Positions 36,701-51,029 of a stretch of 64,000 bases of DNA are shown piece by piece. The position numbers and the translations under genes are program-made. The notes under the pieces were generated by a model that was not told where the DNA came from, made no database searches, and was given only the letters and a program-made list of their open reading frames with translations. How positions within the stretch are numbered: position 1 is the stretch's first letter; each line of letters opens with the position of its first letter. This DNA comes from Phoronis australis (Eukaryota; Animalia; Phoronida), in the NCBI GenBank assembly GCA_002633005.1, contig NMRA01000110.1, positions 271,850-335,849 of the forward strand. Direction: 5' to 3'.

Positions 36701-38344
36701 CAGTCTTCGTCTGTTCATCCTCTGTGACAACCCTCAGTGCTGCTACCGCTCGTGTGGTCACTGAATTGCGAGGACAATGAGATACGTTCACTTGTAGGCA
36801 TAATGACACATAAAAGCTGAGGGTGGTCAGTCGTACTCAAGTGGTAGAAACACAATTGTCTTTGTGACTGTGACAAAGTGATGCACAAAGACACCATTCA
36901 GTGAAGTAGATAACAAAGATAAACATAAAAACAAACTTTATGATTGAATAGCTTAATTTAAGCCAAATGTCAACCATTTTCCGGATTAATCACGCATTAA
37001 GTGTCCGATTCCAAGAACCTTTAGAAACAATCCAATCTCTCTTTATACACCAATACTTTAGATATTCATAGCAGCCCTAATTCCGAACCGCCTTATCACA
37101 CACAACTGAAAGGCAATATTGACGAAAAATTCAATTGAGATAAAAATAATGAACTTATATTTGGGAGTCCCGTCGTGAAAGACGATTGACACAAACCTTA
37201 ACTCAAGTACCTTGGTCAAATAATTAACGTGTTCCTTATTAAAATGGTAGACACGTGCGAAAGCGAACAGGAGGGCACACTTTCCTAATTTTTTAACTTT
37301 AAAGGCGCATTGTGCCAAAAGCCCCTTCCAGTGTTACGTCATCGCGTTGTGATTCTTTAATAAATAATTGAATTAAAATTAGTTACAATAAAATGCCAGA
37401 AATATCAGTCATGCTACTTGGGAGGCAAACACTTAGCCACAACGACAAATAATCGCAGTGAACGTTATGTGGGATAATAACAACCTAACTACTCTTCTCA
37501 ATTCTGGAAATCGTTTCTTCAGTATCGACTGAAAATAGGAACAGAACGACGCCAATGTTACAACTACTGTTTTTGACAGAACACGCATGTTAAATGCAGC
37601 TTTTTATAGCCTTTAGTCCAAACACAATGGCAGACGGAGCACTGAACGATCAGTTTGACATCAACAGTGTTCAGCTTTTGTTATGAGCATCACAAAACAA
37701 CGTCACTGTTGGATTAGAAAATTTGGCGACGGTTATCAACAGGCAACAAAGAAATACAGCTATCTAGGTATCAGGTTTTTTGATTAAAAGAACAAAGGGC
37801 ATCGGAAAGAAAACTTCTGCAAGAGGGCGCTCCCGATGGTTGGGCAAGCACAGAGAACCTGACGTCTGTGGTACTAAAATTGTGGCAATGTCGCGAAAAC
37901 GCATTCAAACTTGAACTATGATAACAGGTTCATCAATCGAAAACAAAAACATCACTCAAAGAACACCCACCAGGAGGCTCTCTCGTATGTAGGACCTGCA
38001 ACGTTGCGACAACCTGCGCGTCAACCACTGGGCTCGTCTTACAAATAAAACAAGATTTTGATGTAGCTTGGTTTCATGATTAGCGTGCTACATTGGCAGA
38101 ATAGTTCCGATTATGTGACTAACTCCACCGGTATGGCAGCACTGTCTCCAAATGACAAAATAAAAACAAAAAATCTGTCGCAGAATAAAACAACGCCTCT
38201 GGTTGCAAAACTTGTTACTACCGAAGAAATCTGAAACATGGCCCACAGTCAGAAGAAAGTCACTTGTCGATGGATGTTATGTCTCGTAAGTCAAATGATC
38301 AGAATAGATAACTTGAAAAATCCTAATAAGCTATTCCAAAATGA

Positions 38345-38617
38345 AAGCGATTGGAGAGAAAAGTGGTTTTCTGAGATCAACACTAACGCGTAACCTGGCA
38401 ACTCACCGCTTACGGTGCAACACATTGCTGTGCCGAGATTAATCCCAATCCACAAATGTCACCACCCTTACTCCATCGAATAGGTGGCAGACAACGGCAA
38501 TTCGTAATGAAATTACAAAAAAGTAAAACGGATTTTGGTGTTTTGTGGCTCTGGTCAAAGCCGCTAATAACATCAAGGAGTTAAGAATATACGATGTAAA
38601 CCAACTTATGTCCCTTC
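38345..38617. mobile_element. Degenerate copy of the Kolobok-like MITE at 41609
   Basis: Shares ttttctgagatca, gtaatgaaat...attttg...ctctg.tcaaagc and a terminal tgtccct with 41609-41928. Confidence 0.5.
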
Positions 38618-39471
38618 AGATGGTGATATTTGTGAACTCAACTGTTTACTTGAAAACAGAGTCACAACAAGAAAGTTACGTCATGATGACACGGCGGCAC
38701 AATTTATGAAGGCAAAATGCCCGCGTAAATTCTAAAAATTGCATCCCTTCGTGGCGTTTTCTTTCACTGGTCGTGGGGGGAGAGGGTTTTGATGCAGGAG
38801 GTATACGTGTATTTAAAGAATGTAATCAGGAATTCAAAATTAAGTTTTCTCCATTTTGTCTCTCTTCATTTCGTCGCAACATAATTATTCACTAAGTCAG
38901 CAACGCAAAACTTCAGCTAAGACAAAATTGCACGGCAGATGTCACTGCAGTGGTGAGATGGAGCTGAACCGAGACAAATATACGGCATGAAATAGATTTC
39001 ACATGTCACAGGGGTGGTGAGATCGAGTTAAACCGTCGTTTACGGAACGTTTGTGCACAGGCTTGTTTCCGAAGTATTACAGTATTACAGAGTGAGCTAA
39101 CGTAATACGAAAGGTGTGCACCTATTCACTGTGCGCTGGGGCGATGCGTCGCATCAAATAACGCTTTAAATCAGCCAACATAAAGTAGATTCGCATTGAC
39201 ATTTTAAAGTCGAGCGCCGTGTTACTCGAATCACCTTCCCTGCTGGGCCAGGTTAAGGCAGAAGTATCGATATTAACAGGTCTCAATTACCGGCGAAGTG
39301 TACCTTTGTGGCAAAACCTCGCGTGATGAAGTGTGGTCCCAGCAGCCAGGGTCAGAGAAGGGGGAAATCACCTAAATTAGGCAGATGCATTTGCTCATGT
39401 TGAAATCAGTCAATACCTAAAACAAGCCTCGAGTGTACATGTAGTTCATGGTTGATTTGGTTCGCTGTATT

Positions 39472-39553
39472 TCTCAGACTTCGGTTTCCAGTCCTCCTTC
39501 TGAAGACTCTTCAGAAGGAGTCTTTTGAAAAGACTGTGAAACCAGGAGTTGAG
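39472..39553. repeat. Small foldback element with nested palindromes
   Basis: Perfect 13-bp stem ctccttctgaaga-c-tcttcagaaggag, adjacent agtctttt-g-aaaagact, and imperfect outer arms. Confidence 0.7.
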
Positions 39554-41608
39554 ATTCGTAATATATCGTAACAGTTTCCCAGCGTTGGCCAGGTCATTCT
39601 AAGTGCAATTCCGCGAATGAGAGGAAATAAATTTATATATGTTGTGTAATTTCATAACCACAAATCCAGTGTTTGATTTCCTTATGAGGCAAATTCTGCT
39701 TAATGAGATTTTCTGAGAATTGTCTTATTCAAGCATTAACTACTAGAAAGCCAATATTTTCCCAAAATTGTTAAAATGGTCCCACACGAAAGCATGAAAA
39801 ATAGCCCAGTAAATATATTTTGGCCCTGACTCCTTTGAAACGAATGAAGTAGAAGGAGCAGTCTCGGTTTCACATCCGAGACACTTTTGATAATTGTTGG
39901 GACAAGGCGGAAGTGATTATTAGTTATGTGCACCGGCACATGATCATCTTTGCGCCACATTTGTCGCATGGAGTGCGGTGTGGAAACTAGGTGACGCGGC
40001 CATATTTGTCACATGGTGTTCGACGTGAAGTGTGGACCCTATGTAGAACGGAGGAAAAGTTCTTCCAGGTTAATACAAACCAAACTTCCTCACTAGCGTT
40101 TGCCTAGAATACCGCAGCGCACCTGGTGTCCGATTCTGCCACATGTACCCATAATGCTACGCGTGTGTAAGGTGGGCACTTGATCTACAGACGCACACAG
40201 TTCCAAAGAGAGTTGGAAAGCGGGCATCAACATTTTTGAAAAGTTGGGTGAGGCAGGATGAATCGTTTGCGGAACAGTTAGCAAGCCGCCCTAACTTGTC
40301 TCCAAATGGAAGCCAATCACACAACGCGTTTTTCTTCCTTCGTAAAAGAGCAGCCGAGTTAAAATCCGAAATGTGCTGTATCCACTTGATGAGTTGTGGT
40401 TGCTTTATGTTTTTTCATCTCCAGGAGCCTGTGAAAATAGCATCGTGGCTGGTTAGTATCTGCGGAGATCGAGACACGTATGGCCTGGGAAACTGTTAAG
40501 GCCACGTGCTGGTTCAAGTGGGAAACCTAACACGTTCAAGAGTTATTTCTTGTAACTACAAGTGGCTTGTCTTCGCCTGACACTGTGAGCGACTTGTCAC
40601 TTGTAGTGTCAACCCTGAAGTTTATAGAACGACAGTGCAAAGTTATGATGTATTTACCCTCATTGGCGATTACAAGAAACTGCACTAAAACGAATGGTTT
40701 GTTTTGAAGCCTTCGGAACTTAGAATATTAAAGTGCTACAGAAAAAGAAAAAAGCATAAGACCATCGTCAGTATCATATTTATTACTCATAAAACGTGTT
40801 TTCGGTTTCATTTGATTTCCTGCCAATATTGTAAATTTGGAACTCATACTACTTGATTCACACTTTGAACGTGCACTCTAGTCAGACCATAGATTATAGA
40901 CAACAGAATGTACTATATTCTATAGTCAGACGTATGATTTACCGTCTTATCGTCTGACACCAGAAGGCAGATCTACCCCTTAATCGTGAAAAAGCTTATC
41001 ACAGTGGCGCAACTGGTGTATATGCTTGATCGCGCGTGGTGATCGCACGCGACTGGCAAGTGTGAGCATTTCGCTCAATAATGTTATTCTCATTACACGT
41101 TTATCGGTGATTTTTGAACACGTCGTGTTGTAGCTATCTCTTAAAATTCCACAATGACTCAATGAACGCGATAAAAGTTACTCAGCGAAACAAACTATGT
41201 CACGAACTTTCCTAACGGCGATGGAAAGTGAATTTTATCCCCAAATACATCATCAGCAAATAAATATCAGGGAATCCACATCCAGCTCGATTCATTTCCA
41301 CCTCAGTAGTCTTACGTCATAGCAGGAAGGCATTAAAAGCTGGTAATGCCTTCCTGGTCACAGTTAATTCATGTGTGGTAATTATTGTTACCAAGTGTAA
41401 GAATGTGTTGTGAATCCAGTTTCACAGAGTTAATTAGCTTGGCAAATGACTTCCATGAAGAAAACACAGCTGCACTATATATATACAGCAGTACTAAGGC
41501 TCATTGTCAAAGGATACACGTACGTCCTACTCGTATTCCATTTCAGAATACAGTAGACTAGTCCCACAAGAGAGCAAAACTTCTTCTAGTCTCGCCGTAT
41601 TGCGTTAA

Positions 41609-41928
41609 AGGGACATAGTCGGCGAGAAGAGCAATTTTCTGAGATCAGCCCCAGCGCGGAATCAAGCGTGGAACAGTCGAATGCGCAGTATAAATGGCAG
41701 AGAGAGTATTTTAAGCGTTGTTAGGTAACTGGTAAACACACTTCAGCCTTGCAACAAATGTCTGCCAGACAGCTTACGGTGAGAATTGTCGACTTGTAAT
41801 GAAATCATAAAAACATAGCGTATTTTGTTGTTATAACTCTGTTCAAAGCTAATAATTTCGAGAAGTCTTTTCCATCCAACAATTATCCCAAAAATGAGTT
41901 ATTTGGCCGTAAAACCGATGACGTCCCT
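41609..41928. mobile_element. Kolobok-like MITE (AGGGAC...GTCCCT ends, TTAA/TTTA flanks)
   Basis: ttaa|AGGGACATAGTCGG ... CCGATGACGTCCCT|ttta. Confidence 0.6.
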
Positions 41929-44381
41929 TTTAGGGTATTTCGAAGCCTCAAATTGTCCCTCAGAGATGCTTCATATCTGCCTGCACAAGTGCGCCAACTT
42001 TAATCAGAAAAGAATGTCACGTTATTGCGTATCCGATCGTCAAATGGTCCAGAATATTTGTGTATAACATATTAGAACGTGAAATAACAGTTCCGAACAA
42101 CAGGCAGACCATGGATTGAAAAGGATGTTGCGTACGTCTTTGAAGCGTGCTGGACGTACAGCCGCGATTTTAACCGTTAAGTGCACAAGTTATGACGTTC
42201 TGTTTCCGCATTGCCCGTGCAAAGATATGACACAATTCCAAGGGATAATGTGAGGCTTCGAAAATACAAGAAGTGGTTTGAATGCAACAATGAGATGCCA
42301 ACAAGCTTCAAGCTAACCATGACTCCTACTTGGTACCACGCCCATGATTGTGAATGTCAAGTTGTCCTCGGCTCAATAAATACGGCCCACACCTGTTACA
42401 GAGAATCACTGTTTAAGAATTATGACCGTGGTGTTTTTTCAGTGTTTAGATGCAGTTAAATCCGGCATTGCGCAGTAAAAGCGGTCACTTACAACCGCTA
42501 TTTGGTCAGTGAGGTCTTTGACTGGTAAACAGCGCGAAGTGCTGTGACTTGGGGTTTATTGTTTTGAATTATGTTCAAGATGGCGGGTCCTGGAACGAAA
42601 ATATTCATCGGCACTTTCTGCAACAAGCCGACGGTCTTTGATTTTATTGTGACCCAACGGCAAGTAGTTTCATTGTCTTCTTTCAATTTAATTAGCAGTT
42701 CCAAAGCAGGCTTGTTCAGAACCAGCGAACCAAGATCAGCCTGAGTGGACAATTAACGGTTCTTTGAGAGGTCATGTACCTGACTGACCCGTACTGGTGA
42801 CGTAACGTCAATGTCGAGACGTTCGCTGACCCTAGCTTGTTATGACTGAACTGTGATTTATTCAATGGATGCAGCTGGCTGTTCTGTGTTTGATATAGCA
42901 ACATGATAACAACAAATGATGAATGTTTTTGTTCCATGATCACGTGACGTTCCCCATGACAGTTCTCATTGAGTTGCGGAAACCAGCTAGAGAAAACCAA
43001 TTTTTGTGTACTGATTTAAAATTAAGAATGACGACTGAGCGGGTAATTGCCACGTCTTCCCTGGTCGTTCCGTCTTGCACCTCTGTCAAACTCGACCACG
43101 CACTCCACCGCAACGATCGAAATCAATGAATATACTTCCTGGCCTGGTCTTGTGCAGTTCTAAATCATGTTCTGGTGTTAAAATTGGTTGATTGGCTTTG
43201 AATTATTGCGAATTTGTTTGGGAGTGAAACTTAGCAAGATTGAACAAGTTTTTACGCGGTTGGTATTTTTAATGAACAGGTTTATTTTTAATCGCCAAAG
43301 TGGCAGTATTACCGTCACTGCTTTCCTTTGGATCATCATTTTCGCGAGAATTTTGATAGAATGACAATGACATGCGATTTTGGTGATTTTTAGCTCATAT
43401 CAAAGATCGCGATTCGTTTCCATGTATAACGTACACAAAATCTATTTAATTTGAATTTTAACCCTCTGTTTCGCCAAACTCAAGATTCTTTATAGGCATA
43501 TTCGCTTGTCCACCGCAATGTCACCCTTTTCTGAAAGTAATTATAAAAATCACCTGAAATTCCCTACGGACACACTGCCAAAGTGATTGAAGCTACTTAC
43601 GTCTTGACAAGCGGCATTACTATGAAACGTGCTTTTGGCCAAAACATCAAGGTTTGGTTTAGAATCCTTATCATTATACAGTTGGTCGTATCTTGTTCCT
43701 TACTCCGCATACAAGTGATCCGTGGGTTCATCAACAACTGATGGTTCGTTATTTCTGAAGACCAAACTCGTTTGAAATTATAACGATTAGCCAGATTTTT
43801 CCAAGAACAGAAATTAAACCAACTTTGACGATGAAAACGCATGGCTTTAAAGTAATATAACATTTTCGTTACAAAATATGGACTTGTGAAATAACTTTTT
43901 AGTATTAATAGTACACCCATATAACAACATAGTCTACTAGTGAACTACACTTGAAATACTCTGCAATTTATGAATCGAGGTGTAGCGCTACACTGAGACC
44001 AAGTGATGCACGCTCGATTTACGGGTTGAGGCTGATCTCAGAATGCCACTTATATCGCCGATAATGTCTCCTTAACCCTGGAATACTCAGGCATTAAAAA
44101 ATTGGACCTACCTACATGTTGAGTGGTAAATGCGCGGCAGCACTGATTAAAGTTCATTCCTAGAAAACACGGAAAGGGACCATGATTATGATAGCAACCA
44201 CGCTTGCATACGATTGACAAGATAACCGAGGTGAACTTACAGGTGTTGTCGAACATGTTGATTTATATAGTACGCAATCGTTAATACTGACAGTTTAAGT
44301 GTAACTGGGCAGAGACATTAACTAGGACTCTAGAACTACTTTCAGCAAATAAACTTATTGCCGTGGTCAGCGACGGATCCA

Positions 44382-45100
44382 NNNNNNNNNNNNNNNNNNN
44401 NNNNNNNNNNNNNNNNNNNNNNNNNNNNNNNNNNNNNNNNNNNNNNNNNNNNNNNNNNNNNNNNNNNNNNNNNNNNNNNNNNNNNNNNNNNNNNNNNNNN
44501 NNNNNNNNNNNNNNNNNNNNNNNNNNNNNNNNNNNNNNNNNNNNNNNNNNNNNNNNNNNNNNNNNNNNNNNNNNNNNNNNNNNNNNNNNNNNNNNNNNNN
44601 NNNNNNNNNNNNNNNNNNNNNNNNNNNNNNNNNNNNNNNNNNNNNNNNNNNNNNNNNNNNNNNNNNNNNNNNNNNNNNNNNNNNNNNNNNNNNNNNNNNN
44701 NNNNNNNNNNNNNNNNNNNNNNNNNNNNNNNNNNNNNNNNNNNNNNNNNNNNNNNNNNNNNNNNNNNNNNNNNNNNNNNNNNNNNNNNNNNNNNNNNNNN
44801 NNNNNNNNNNNNNNNNNNNNNNNNNNNNNNNNNNNNNNNNNNNNNNNNNNNNNNNNNNNNNNNNNNNNNNNNNNNNNNNNNNNNNNNNNNNNNNNNNNNN
44901 NNNNNNNNNNNNNNNNNNNNNNNNNNNNNNNNNNNNNNNNNNNNNNNNNNNNNNNNNNNNNNNNNNNNNNNNNNNNNNNNNNNNNNNNNNNNNNNNNNNN
45001 NNNNNNNNNNNNNNNNNNNNNNNNNNNNNNNNNNNNNNNNNNNNNNNNNNNNNNNNNNNNNNNNNNNNNNNNNNNNNNNNNNNNNNNNNNNNNNNNNNNN
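44382..45100. other. Assembly gap (N-run)
   Basis: Ns. Confidence 0.99.
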
Positions 45101-45650
45101 AAACACGATAATTGTTCTCTTGATCAACAAGGATTCTAGCAAACACGATAATTGTTCTCTTGATCAACAAAGATTCCAGCAAACACGATAATTGTTCTCT
45201 TGATCAACAAGGATTCTAGCAAACACGATAATTGTTCTCTTGATCAACAAAGATTCCAGCAAACACGATAATTGTTCTCTTGATCAACAAGGATTCTAGC
45301 AAACACGATAATTGTTCTCTTGATCAACAAAGATTCCAGCAAACACGATAATTGTTCTCTTGATCAACAAGGATTCTAGCAAACACAATAATTGTTCTCT
45401 TGATCAGCAAGGATTCTAGCAAACGCGATAATTGTTCTCTTGATCAACAAAGATTCCAGCAAACACGACAATTGTTCTCTTGATCAACAAGGATTCTAGC
45501 AAACACGATAATTGTTCTAATGATCAACAGGATTACTAAGAGCAAATGCAACAATTGTTCTGCAAATTAGCAAGGATTGTAGCAAACACAACAATCATTC
45601 TGTTGATCAGCCAGGATTGTAGCAAACACGAAGATCAAGAACTGTAGCAA
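45101..45650. repeat. 40-bp satellite with alternating A/B variants (80-bp dimer), degenerating rightwards
   Basis: aaacacgataattgttctcttgatcaacaa followed by ggattctagc or agattccagc. Confidence 0.95.
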
Positions 45651-47364
45651 AGTATTCTGTTTGCTCTCTTCATATTTTAAAGCGACACACACGTAATGAG
45701 GTACACGTGTTGCCTGCCTAACGTAAGCACAATAACGTCAACACGTGTTCTGTCCATTCATCACGTCTTATTACCGCTTCAAATCCCTAAACGGTACCGT
45801 GATGATGCGGTTGTGGTCAACGTGCAGCAAGCCTCGTAAAACAACTCCTAAAATGACAAAATAAAAAACATTTTGTTTGTTATTTTGTGGTCACTTCGTT
45901 TAATTGTTACCTGAAGTGTGACGGACTTAGGTCAGGACTAAGAAATCAAAAGTTTCAAGACACGTGTTGTGTTGAAAATTAATGAGGGGTGTAACAACTA
46001 AAATTAGCATGCTCCTTTCAATTCGTGAGAATTAGTTCCTGTTTCAGGAATTTGATGGAAAAATCTCTTTGTGGTGATGGAGTTTTCAGTTGAGTTATTT
46101 TTTGTGTATTCTAGGGACTACCGTAGGCTGCAACAGACTTGCTAAAGGTATTTAATTTTTATCTGAGTCTAAAACAACAATATCCGTTGCGTTTTTGAGA
46201 ATGATTACAAGCGACTAACTCTCGCCGTTTTCTGTCAGTCATTAGAAGATACCAAGGCCGGTGACTTTTCTAGATAAATACGCCTAAAATATTCTCCCGC
46301 TTGTTGTTTGGGATTTAACTTCTCTAAAACAACTTTAGACTGTGACCGCGCTGGTTCTAGACTCGAATCCTTGCTCAGGCTTTTTTCTTGCCAATAATGT
46401 GACTTCAACAGTTCGTTTCTCGTCAACCAAACTATGAAAACAATTCCCTAAAATAGTCTTGTGATTCTACTTATTTTTCGAACAAGTTTTGAGCTCATCG
46501 GAAGAGCGTAACGTCTCTAATAACAAGAATATCAAAACTTGTTAATTTAATTATGGTTTACAACTAGAGTCGACTGTGTTTCATCCGCTGGCTTGTTTAG
46601 GTAGACTCACTCTCGCATCCTTTCTCCGAATAGTTTTGGTCGACGACGACAAAATAACCACAAAATATCAGGACCATATATTCTACGGGCCAAGGCTCCG
46701 AGCGAAACGGACTTTTTTATTTTACTTTGTCTCGATAAACCCTATGCGGACTCCAAAATACGGCGTACGCATTCAAACCCAGCTCCCGAATCGCACACAC
46801 TCGTGCCGCTCACTGTCTGCCTTACACGGCACATGGACACAGAGTACGATATTTTCCAACTTTGTGTGTATGAACATGTGTTTGTGGGACTGTGAACTCT
46901 GTGAGTTTACCGGGACGTGATTAAAAGTTGAAGCTAAATTAATGAGTGCAATAGTCGTGTTGGTTTCTCTCATCAAAAAAATACCATTACTTGTTTAATT
47001 TCTATAACTTTAAGTTTGAACTAACGCGTCAAATTTCATCAGGCAGAACACCTTTGTTATGAAAACGGTAGTAAATGTCACAACCATAACCACTGCGCCC
47101 CTTGACGACAACCGTGGATGTTACGAGTGCGCAAACACTGATTACGGAGAATTCACTAATTGATAGTGACGTTCTGCGGTTTGTTGAAGCAAAGTCGAGG
47201 GAAATCCGATGAGTTGCAATAGCTGGTAAGGCCAACAAAAGACGCATTCGGGAACCCTCAACTTTAATTAATACCAAATAAGTGCATTGCAACACTACTT
47301 GAGTCCAGTGCTGTCACGTGACCCCGTCTTGAACAATAACAAGTTATATTGACTTCTAGCAGCA

Positions 47365-47966
47365 CCGTCTCAAGTCCCTAAAGTCGTGACCGTTTCGGTT
47401 AGACGGAAATACACGAAGTAAGACCTCACAAGTCAACTACAGTGCGTACAGTTACTCTAGATGACATAAAAATGCATTACATTGTTTATTAATTCAGTTG
47501 CAATTGAAATAAATTGTTATATGTTGTGCACTCAACTTTGATGTGCACAGACGTTTTCAATGAGGTTGTTCACGTAAAACGCTAAGGACCCAGCATCAAT
47601 TATCTCTCTGTATTTTATTGCTTTGGCCTTACAAAACTTTATCGACCCTGGGACATTTTGATACATTGTTCAGAAGAGCTCGTGTTTGAGTATATCTGAA
47701 CAATGAATATTTTCGAAAAAATATCCCAAAAATGCTCAAAAAAGTGGATTAGTGAAATATGCTGTTTTGAGATACATTTGAAAAAAGAAGCCACTCACTC
47801 ACTGTTTGTTATCATATTGTGAATACGAACACGTCCGGGTATTCGTTTGACGTTCGTAAGCAGACGAACGCTGGAAACTTCAACACGCAGAAGAGGAAAT
47901 AAGATGGTTCACGACTTTAGGGTGCTCACGACTTTAGGGTGCTCACGACTTAAGGGCCTCTGACGG
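47365..47966. mobile_element. MITE of about 600 bp, Tc1/mariner-pogo-like (CCGTC...GACGG ends, CA/TA flanks), with 17-bp subterminal repeats
   Basis: Left ccgtctcaagtccctaaagtcgtga; right (cacgactttagggtgct)x2 then cacgacttaagggcctctgacgg|ta. Confidence 0.7.
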
Positions 47967-48750
47967 TACTCCTGAATTTTCCAATTTCAACATGGACAAT
48001 GGAAAAGAAAAATGTTGCTGGGATAATAAAGGTGAGAGACCTGACCTAACCACGTGACCTAACCACGTGGCCGAGTGCCATTGCAGAGAAATATCGCTGA
48101 ATAAAAAGAGTGGCGGTGTGTTGCGATCTCATTCAAGACTAATTGCACTCACTGATCACTGATATTGTGAGATCACATAAGCGAGTCCCATGTTTAGTCA
48201 AAATGGCCGATTATTACGACATGGTAAAATTTATCACAATGCTAGGTGCGCTTTCCCACAGTTCATCGTTCTAGGCAGGAGCCAGATGACGTAATATTGG
48301 CCCGTTATCAAGCTTTGATGCTTTCTAACGTAATTATTTCGCGTGCGTATCTAAGTAGATTTGGTTTCGACTGTTGTTGCCAAGCCTCGGTTAACGTGCA
48401 TGAGTAGAATACAAGAACCAAATATCACTGCAGCGGATGGACGATATGAATTACAAGACATCAAATATCACGGCAGTGGAAAACCGTTTCTGACTCGAAA
48501 ATAGGCGAGAATTTAATCCCACTGAGGAAGATTGTATTTCTCTTATTAAACTATCCGAAAACGCTAAATCTGCGACTAAATTTACTAATTTTTCACGGAA
48601 ACGTCATCGGTCTGTGGGGAAAATTAACCACGTTCAACTTATATATCACATTGATTTATCCACATTTTCATTTTCGCAATTTTCAACATACTTTACGTAC
48701 ATGAATGAAATCCCTGTGACCGAAGTATGACTCCGGTACAAACTTCAATC

Positions 48751-48830
48751 TAATAAACACGCATGCGCATGCCTTGTGTCATGCGAGCTTTAATAAACAC
48801 GCATGCGCATGCCTTGTGTCATGCGAGCTT
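48751..48830. repeat. Perfect 40-bp tandem duplication containing the palindrome gcatgcgcatgc
   Basis: Read directly. Confidence 0.9.
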
Positions 48831-49297
48831 TATTACTCACGGTACTTGGTAATGTTTTACAAAGGAAAGGTTAATTAGGCGGTATTGTCATCAAGTAAAA
48901 ATTGCATCAACGATGAAGGTCCATTTCCGGTTTGTCAACAGGTGTTTACAGAGATCCCGATACAGGGGGCTTCAGTTCTTAAGAGATCCCGATACAGGGA
49001 GCTTCAGGTCTTATTTGTCAACAATATTCATTTAAATTAAAACACAGTGTCGAGTTTCACACCCTGTGACTCCACGGTCATGCATGAGTGTCAATAACAT
49101 TGGCGTTTTTTGCTGGCAAAGAAGTTCACAGAATTCGCTGTTTCATCGCTCCACTAGTGAACAAATATTGACGAACAGTTGAAAACAACAGAGCTGGACT
49201 TGATTACAGCACTAAGTGTCAGAGGGCGGGAATATGCACGGTGGATGCCTATTACTCAGATATTATTTCTCACAAATATTTGAAGTTCAACAAGCCA

Positions 49298-49620
49298 CGG
49301 GTAGGGTATACGGGCTACTTAGACCCCCGTAGGTCATGAGTAGGGGATACGGGACTTTTTGAGCCCCAGCAGGTCACATGTAGGAGATACGGGGGTATTT
49401 AGACGCCAGTAGGCCATGAGTAGGGGAAACGGGGCTACTTAGACCCCAGTAGGCCATGAATAGGGGATACGGGGGTAATTGAGCCTCCGCAGGCCACGAG
49501 TAGGGGATACGCGCTATTTGGACCCTGCCGGAGTAGGTCATGAGTAGGGGATACGGGACTATTTGGACCCAGTAGGACACGATTAGGGGACACAGGGGTA
49601 TTTGGACCCCAGTAGGTCCA
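49298..49620. repeat. Degenerate minisatellite of about 39-41 bp (gtaggggatacgggg...gaccccagtaggccatga), about 8 copies
   Basis: Read directly. Confidence 0.88.
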
Positions 49621-50988
49621 GCAAGCACCCACTAATGCGTAAATCGTCTCAACCTATTTGCATGTCATACAGTATTGGTTAAGTTGACAATAATCAAACG
49701 ACTTCGACAATTATTCTTATGCGGCATAATTAAGATTACATGAGACCTTATAGATAAGTCTGAGTATTTCGTCCAATATTTACAAAACTATAGATTTTAG
49801 CTCAGTAAAAGTAGCATTTTCTGGAAGTAGAAAGTCTGTAGAATTAATTTTTGACTAAATCAGTGTAGAAAGCACGTAGAAATATTTTTTTGACTTTTTA
49901 CCAATATTGTATTGATTGAATTACATGACCAAGTGCTCATAGCAAAATTTTGCCAAACAGAAAAGATACATTGATAGCGAAGCAACTGCAACCATAGTGA
50001 CCACGTTTTGTCATATTTTGATGGACCCTCGCGCAAAACTGGATCACTTTAAAAACAACTCCTAGTGGTGACGGGTGTTATGGAGCACAGTGTATCAAGC
50101 ATTCTAGTATCTGGAAATTTCACATGAATTCGTTCAGCCATTTCGGAGATATGATTTTCCGGAATTAGCCAAATTTGGGCATTTTTCTAGGGTCCTACAT
50201 AGCCTTAGAGAATTTCTGTATTTGGTAAGTGTTCTAATGGTACTCTGTCTGCCTTCTACAGATTGAACGCTAAGGACTATAAATACACGAAAAGTGATTC
50301 ACAGAAGCGCACTTGAGTATTGCATAATATCAGGTGATTGAAAAACCATTGATCTAACGCGTTCTCGGAAATCTCCAGCTTCTCATACTTTTAATGTTTA
50401 TTCGTCGCCGAACACATTTTGATGATGAATGGTGACATTATGAAATGTTTGCCGTAATTTAGCATAAAGCTGTTGGGTCAAAGTCGAAGGCGTGTTTTAA
50501 TTAATTCGAAATGTGTTAACTGTGATTTCCGGTGAGAACACAATAACATGTTTATCTTTTCAGCCCGCAAAAAATCTTGATTCCATTAATTACATGTTTA
50601 ACAATATCGACAGTAATAAATGTTGGCATACAAGGAATTTCCAAAAATAGGCCCATAGACGGATATTCGGGAAAACGACCTTTCGAAAACGTCAAATGAA
50701 ACCGTATTGTCGGAAACTGGAATAAACACGCCTTTTTAATGTAAGTAGATGCATCTCACCACAAAGAATTTAATTTATCTCTGATACTTATTTCCCTTCC
50801 AGCAAGCACAGTGCGTTAAAACTGTCTTTCATACACGGCGGTTGCCGTTGCCAACTAAGTCACCCAATATTTCGTTATTTCTGTGAAATAGTGATCCCAA
50901 AATATAGTGTCTTCCCAGAATAAACACAATTTTACTTCAAAACATATTGCATACGTATTTTAGAACATCAGATTTTCATAACACGGCC

Positions 50989-51029
50989 ATGGGCGTACTT
51001 CTGGAAAATTTTTCCGAAAATACGCCCAT
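50989..51029. repeat. 41-bp imperfect palindrome
   Basis: atgggcgtacttctggaaaa-t-ttttccgaaaatacgcccat. Confidence 0.75.
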
